From the human T2T-CHM13v2.0 reference genome, Homo sapiens, in assembly GCF_009914755.1 (NCBI RefSeq), contig NC_060933.1: a DNA stretch of 64,000 bases; one strand, 5' to 3'. Made by a program: the position numbers and the translations under genes. Positions 56,914 through 64,000 of the stretch are shown piece after piece; position 1 is the stretch's first letter, and the number at the start of each line of letters is the position of its first letter. Below the pieces are notes generated by a model. The model made no database searches. It was not told the DNA's origin and worked only from the letters and a program-made list of their open reading frames with translations.

Positions 56914-57967
56914 GTCTCATCTTCTTTTGTAACAGAAATCTAGCTGACCTCTAATTAGCCCACATCTGCACGTCTCTCAATTCAAAAAATTGACACACCC
57001 AATATATTACTTCTCTATTTCTACGTTAGCAACTTAAATCAACATAGATTGATTGATTAATTCAGTGTTATGTAGGTGAGAAGTCCTTTTGTTAATGACT
57101 GGCTCCTTTTTTGCATTTAGACTTCAATTTAAACATCACCCCCTAATAAAGGCCCTCCCTGGCCAATTTGTCTTAAATCATCTCTCAGTGACTCCTTATC
57201 ACATAATCCTATTTTAAGTCTCCACATAGCTTTATCACTATCTGACATTTTTATGTGTTCATATATTGGAAGCTCTCCATTAACATACTTATTTGGGGCC
57301 TCTTTTTCCTTTATGTGCTAATTTTACTAACTTTCTTATTATGCCTATGATTGTTTTCAGTTGATTCTCTTAGCTTTTCTAAGTAAACAATCTAACATTG
57401 TAAGGCAATAACTTTGTGTTTTCCTTTCTACTTGTTTTTTTTTAAATTATTTTATTGCCTAAAATTTTAATGACTACAACAAAGTCAGGCTGACTTTTTT
57501 AATAGATGAATTTGGTCATTTACCAATCAGAAATTAATTAAGTCTAAATTCCTAAAGAATCTTTCCTGTTATTGCAGAATTGCTCTAATAAAGTAATAGT
57601 TGAGTAAATGGTCAGACTTAGAAGAAAAATGCTTCTTTGCATGTGAAGATTCAAATTTTAAAAACAACTATCAGTCCATTAATGAAAAATTCAGCTCCCC
57701 CCTAATACAACAATGTCAGTAGAAAGAATCTATCCCAAGAAAATGATTGAGCCTAAGCATATGGTTATATTATTTTCAAATGTATATTATTTGCACAAAT
57801 TTCAAACAGTCTTTTTGACCTTGACTAACTGAAGATCCATTTCTCCTTTGCTGAGGAGTATCACAGAGCTCCTCCTCTCCCTGGAAGTCACAGAGCCTTG
57901 TCTGCTGATCACAGTGTGATGTTTGGAAAGGTCCTTAGGTTGTACCCATGCAGGAAATAAAAAATAG

Positions 57968-59040
57968 TGTAAAGACAAGCCACAGGAGAAAATATTTGCA
58001 AAAGACATATGTGATAAAGGACTGTTACCCACAACTTACAAAGAACTCTTAAAACTCAGCCATAAGAAAACAACCTGATTTTTAAAATGGGCAAAAAACT
58101 TTAACAGACACCTCACTAGAGAAGATAAACAGATGAAAGTAAGCATATGAAAAGATGCTCCATATCATATGTCATTAGAGAAATGCAAATTAAAATAAGA
58201 ATGAGATACAACTACATATCTATTAGAATGGCCAAATTCCAGAACACTGACAACACCAAATGCTGATGAGGATGGGAAGCAACAGGAACTATCACTCATT
58301 GCTGGTGGGAATGCAAAATGGTACAGCCACTTTGGAAGGCATTTGGCAGTTTCTTAAAAAACAAAACATATTCTTATCATTTGATCCAGCAATCATACTC
58401 CTTTATATTTATCCAAACGAGATGGAAACTTATATCTGCACAAAAACCTTTCCATGACTGTTTACAGCAGCTTTATTCATAATGGCCAAAACTTGGAAGT
58501 AACGGAGATGTCCTTTAATAGGTGAATGGATAAATTAACTGTGGCATATCAGACATGAATATTATTCAGTGCCAGAAAGAAATCAGCTATCAAGCCATGA
58601 ATTGACACAGAGTAAACTTAAATGAATACTACTAACTGGAATAAGCCAGTCTGAAAAAGCTGCATGCCATATGATGCCAATTACATGAAAAAGCAAAACT
58701 ATGGAGGCAGTAAAAAGGGATAAATAGGCAAAGCACAGAGGATTTCTAAGGCAATAGAAATACTTTGTATGAACTATAATGGTGGCTACCTATCACTTTA
58801 CATTTGACATTTGTCCAGACTCATAGACTGTACAGCATCAAGAGTGAATCCTAATGTAAAGTATGGACTTTAGGTGATAATGATGTGTCAATGTAGGTTC
58901 ATCGATTGTAATAAATGTGTCACTCTGGTGGGGATGTTGATAATGGGTGAGGCTATGCATGTGTTGGGGGCAGGTGGCGTATGGGAAATCTCTGTACCTT
59001 CCTCTCAATTTTGCCTTGAACCTAAAACTACTCTTAAAAA
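57968..59040 (+). mobile_element. L1MC1/L1MD-like 3' end
   Basis: aagagtgaatcctaatgtaaagtatggactttaggtgataatgatgtgtcaatgtaggttcatc. Confidence 0.88.
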
Positions 59041-59068
59041 TTTTTTAAAGGAAAATAAGACATCTACA

Positions 59069-59803
59069 CTTTTTTAATTTAAATTTTAAGTTGAGGGGTA
59101 CCTGTGCAGGTTTGTTATATAGGTAAACTTGCATCATGGGAGTTTGTTGTGCAGATTATTTCATCACCCAGGTATTAAGCCTAGTACTCGTTAGTTATTT
59201 TCCTGATCCTCTTCCTCCTCCCACCCTCCACCCTCTGATAGGCCCCAGTGTGTGTTGTTCCCCTATATGTGTCCATGTGTTCTCATCATATTGCTCCCAC
59301 TTGTGAGAACAAATAGCATTTGGTTTTCTATTCCTGTGTTAGTTTTGCTAAGGATAATATCCTCCAGCTCCATCCATGTCCCTGCAAAGGACATGATCAT
59401 ATACATGTGTATATGTACCACATTTTCTTTATCCAGTCTATCATCCAAAGGACATGATCTCGTTCTTTTTTTGTGACTGCATAGTATTCCATGGTGCATA
59501 TGTACCACATTTTCTTTATCCAGTCTATCACTGATGGGCATTTAGGTTGATTCCATGTCTTTGCTATTGTGAATATGCTGCAATGAAAATACATGTGTAT
59601 GTATGTATATAACAGAACAATTTATATTCCTTTGGGTAAATAGCCAGTAACGGGATTCCTGGGTCAAATGATATTTCTGGTTTTAGGTCTTTGGGGAATC
59701 ACCACAGTGTCTTCCACAATGGCTGAACTAATTTATACTCCCACCAACAGTATATAAGCATTCTTTTTTCTCCACAACCTCCCCAGCATCTGTTATTTTT
59801 TGA
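59069..59803 (-). mobile_element. L1PA13-like 3' end with an internal templated insertion
   Basis: cagattatttcatcacccaggtattaagcctagtac; ORF2 C-terminal matches. Confidence 0.9.
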
Positions 59804-60019
59804 AAAAGTCTGTAATCTTAACGAGTTGCAGAACGTGGGTATGACAGTAACTATTGAGTATTTATCTCCTTCCTGAAATGCAGTTCTTAAGCACGGCAAA
59901 AACCGAAACACTTCAATGGCACCATCTATGAAATAATAATGGTGAGAGTACATCTATGTCACACTTTTAATATTAGATTAATCTCTTATTAATCTAATAT
60001 TAATATCTCAATAGTTTCA

Positions 60020-60580
60020 ACATTTAATGTGATGTTTGCTATAAACTTATGATATAAATTCTTCAACATGCTAATGGAGTTTTAAAATATTGTTTAACTA
60101 ATATTTTAACACAATGAAGATTAAATTTATTACTTTTTGCCATCTATTTATTTTTTTCCTTTAGTCTTAATATATACTAAGTGCTAGATTTTATTAATAG
60201 GCATTCTATGTTAAATTATCCCTGCATTTCTTTGATAAACTGATGGCTATTATTATTATTTTACTAAACTTCTGTATTTTAATGTTCTAGCATAGAATCA
60301 ATATGTGCGGACAAAGACCAAGAATTCTTTTTGCACAGATTATTTGTTAAGTTTTTACATTTTTACTTCTATGGAAGATTAGCCTATGGTGGCTTTGCTC
60401 TTTTTGACATATTTTGGCAATCAGTGACATGTTAACCTCATGAAAATGAATACAGTGCCTTAGGAAGTTGACCAAAATGTTCCAACTGTGTAACGGTTTT
60501 AACAACATTGGAAATATCTGTCTAAGGATATTTAAAGATTTGATAAAATTCTCCCAATTAACTATCTGAGTCCAGTAAAA
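60020..60580 (-). mobile_element. Ancient L1M ORF2 fragment
   Basis: gatgtttgct, ttatccctgcatttc, taacctcatgaaaatgaat, aaaattctcccaattaactatctgagtcc. Confidence 0.5.
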
Positions 60581-61770
60581 AATGGCATTAAAAAATTCCT
60601 CCGAATTATATGCTTTCTTATCTTTGAGGACGTATTTTCTGAACTATTAATATATGCTGGCCCCTTGCTTGGCAAATTTGTAAACCCAGGTTTCTTAGGC
60701 CAGTGCTTTAGCCAAAAACAAGAAAAAAGGTGGAAAAGTGGGCAAGGAGGTAACGCCAGCGTTATTCCACTTCAAACCATATGATACTGTCGCACTTCTA
60801 GAGAAGTCTAAAATTATCAATGCAAGAGTATCTGACTTTTGCCATTTTCTTGTCCTTGTCCTTTGAGTCTAGAGGCAGGGATTTGTTATTGATTAGAAGT
60901 TATTTACTCTCAATGTAGACCCATTATTTAGCTACCAAGAGAATCAGAGTTCTGAGGAATCAACTCTGTCAATACTTGCTCATAAACAAAAAGGTTTCTT
61001 TTAACTTGTTTCTTTTTAAATTTTTAAAATCATGCTACTTTTGAAGTAGTGAGACCCATGTATATGTGCATGTACACACACACTTTTTTTTTTTACTAAT
61101 TATGATTAAGATGGGCTTTAAGAGACTGATCCTACTGTCTAAACAATGCCACCACAAAGAGCTTCAGAGGAACCATTCATTGGTTTATATCAAACAGTCC
61201 TATGCAGTTCATTATCTACTCAGTCTCTTTGGTTTACATTTTACAAATAATTAATCTTGGAGGACACACCAGGAGTTCATGCTGCTTAAATCTAGCCTTC
61301 TGAATGCTTTTAATGAGTTATGGAAATGGTAGACATTTGGTTGCACTAGCTTTAATAACTTTTCCAGATTAAAATTTACTTGGTCATACTATATGGAGTA
61401 GAACTCTTGGTCTTGGTCTGCACGTATTGACTCTATGTTAGCACATATAGAAATTTTTTTTCTTAGGATAATATTGATCTTACCCTAAGTCTCTAGCCTC
61501 AACCTCTACCCTGCAGTTCACTTCCAAGCAAAATACGTGTGCGTGAGTGCATGAAAGGTGGTAAGGCATGGAGACTAGCTCCGTTCAGGCATGAGACCTT
61601 CTTCACCACCATTTTCATATGAGAATGTCAATTGCGTGCCCAGCTCAGTTGATAATTAAACCATATGACTCCTTACTCAACTGGCTACATCAATGCCTGT
61701 GCAAAAGGAACTTATCCAGAAACATAATTTTGAACTCTGCTGCCCAATAGCTATTAAAACCTGGGCTAAG

Positions 61771-62094
<324 letters not shown>

Positions 62095-62671
62095 CTAATG
62101 TCTACCTCTATATTAAGCCAAATCATCCAAAGATGTACATCAAATGTCCATCCTTCCTTTTATACCTCTCTCCTTTGGCTGACCTTTCCTTCCATGTATT
62201 TTACAGAGACCATGAATTGATTATTCATCCATTTTCATGCTGGTGGCTAAAAAACTTAAAGTGAAACTTGTGGTGTACCCTTAACAAGTATATAGCACAG
62301 CAGCATACGTTTGCTGTCTTTGACATAACACTGGTACCATTTCATAGCTTTACCATTTTTTCTCTTTCTCTTTTTTCTGTTTATAATTTATTTTTCTTAC
62401 TATGTCTTACTTAAACCTTTGTCTCCTTAAATAAATTTTGGAATAAGATAGGGAAAATATAATAAATAGCTGATCTTCCTGCCTTTGAAATTCCTCCCTA
62501 ATATTCACCCTCTCCGTAGATGTTGAGTGAAATTTCTAATACACATGTGTTATCATGGCACTGCCCTCCTTAAAACTCTTTGAAGGGCCTCCATCATACA
62601 TGGTACTGATTCAAAATTCATTGGCCCGGGGCCTCCAATGTCTCTTTCTCCAAATCTTCTATCTTATTTTG

Positions 62672-62892
62672 GAGACAGTGCAGCATAGGAGTTAAAGAGT
62701 TCAAATTCTGGCTTCACCAAGTACCATATACTGGCCGCCTGACAAATATTTAACTCTTCTGGGCCTCAGTTTCCTCATCTGTGAAAAGGCAGTAACAGTA
62801 ACTACTATGCAGGTTATTGAGAAGATAGAGTTTTTATACACAAAACATTAAGAACAGTTTCTGAGAACCTTCAAAAGTAGCTATTGTTATTA
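62672..62892 (+). mobile_element. MIR nested in L2 fragments (~62480-63370)
   Basis: tctgggcctcagtttcctcatctgtgaaa; L2 terminus tcaataaatatttg...tgaatgaatga near 63310-63370. Confidence 0.75.
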
Positions 62893-64000
62893 ATCTTTAC
62901 TCCCTTCTTTATTAATCGTGATCTGTTCATAACAAACTACTTAGAGTGACCTGTAGCTCCCGCTATATTAAATGATTCCTAAAACACTGCATGTTATGCT
63001 CCCAGCCTTGTTTAGTTTTTACAGCAGGTGAATTCTTCTTTCACCAGACCCAGACCAAGTATCTAAAATCTACAAATAAGTAAATAAATTATTCCTAATC
63101 CCTTCATCCCACCCAACCTTCCTGGCCTGGAAAGTTTAACAGAACAGCTGTTTCTCTTACTATACTTTACTTTGTGGAGTCTTGTATTAGAGCATTTAGC
63201 TCACTTCATTTCAAATATGCAATTATCTATTGACCTTTCTTACTGAATTGGGAGTTCTTGGAGGCCCAAGATTATAACCTAACTACAATTATATTTCCAG
63301 CAGCGTAAACTATCAATAAATATTTGATAAGCTATGAATAAATGAATGGGCAACTAAATGAATGAATGATGGTACCATATTATGAATAAATAATGTAAAC
63401 CAAAGAAGGAATTTAAGAACAGAAGTAATAAAAAGAATTAATGATTAATGGTCTGGGGGATCACAAAGCCGATGTTTTAGCAAGGCTCACAAAAATACAC
63501 TGAGATTTACGAAGATCAAATGGATAGCAATACACATTTTATTTAGAAGGAAATGCCATTATAAGTGAAGTGTCCATCTTGGCTAAGTGTCTGCCTCTAA
63601 GTAAACTGAATTTGCATCTCTATAGATTATACACATTAAATGAGATCTGCATATATGAATAATGTTAGTCCCTTGAAAACTACTCAAAACTGCTCAACAA
63701 GTTAGGAAATGTTCCTATGGGAACATTTTATGGTTAACTATATAAAATGAACTCTTCTTCACATAATGTTTATATTATTGCAGTTCTCAGTGTAATATGG
63801 ACACCCTGGATTTATATTGATGCATATACACCCTTGCCCTTATGTCTCAGGGCCAATACTCAGCATTTTCAAGAAAGCAACTGGAGGCTACAAATGTTAC
63901 CTGTGGCCCATGACTCATTAAGAGTATTGTTCCATTCAAGAATGAACATGTGACATCTTTAGAACCACAGTCTAACCTATGTATTTTCATAAAATTTCTC

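Noticed and set aside
61677-61696. 20-nt segment with a good acceptor and GTAAGG donor on the minus strand
   Set aside because: Stops in all three frames; at most a 5' UTR exon, which cannot be supported from sequence alone.

Overview
Human genomic DNA: it carries the human-specific Alu subfamilies AluYa5 and AluYb8. The window is AT-rich, CpG-poor and mostly interspersed repeats: about 13 Alus, a 2 kb L1PA2/3, many old L1M/HAL1/L2/MIR fragments, MaLR and ERV LTRs, and a 5'-deleted PABL-like provirus (integrase end, decayed env, 3' LTR). The long ORFs in the track are L1 ORF2, ERV env, or Alu/low-complexity artefacts. I see no RNA genes or CRISPR arrays and no protein-coding gene I can name. 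The main unexplained signal is a chain of tiny AG..GT-bounded segments on the minus strand, all lying between recognisable repeats (46574 down to about 16670). Spliced in order they give an uninterrupted 78-aa ORF followed by a terminal exon with AATAAA, so this is a candidate micro-exon gene or microprotein; it was assembled by eye and is unverified. Other notable items are an inverted-repeat-flanked AT-rich VNTR (PATRR-like), a MER41 fragment that keeps both GAS motifs, a probable L1 3' transduction, and two very young Alus. Subfamily names come from recalled consensus sequences, and boundaries of old elements are approximate.
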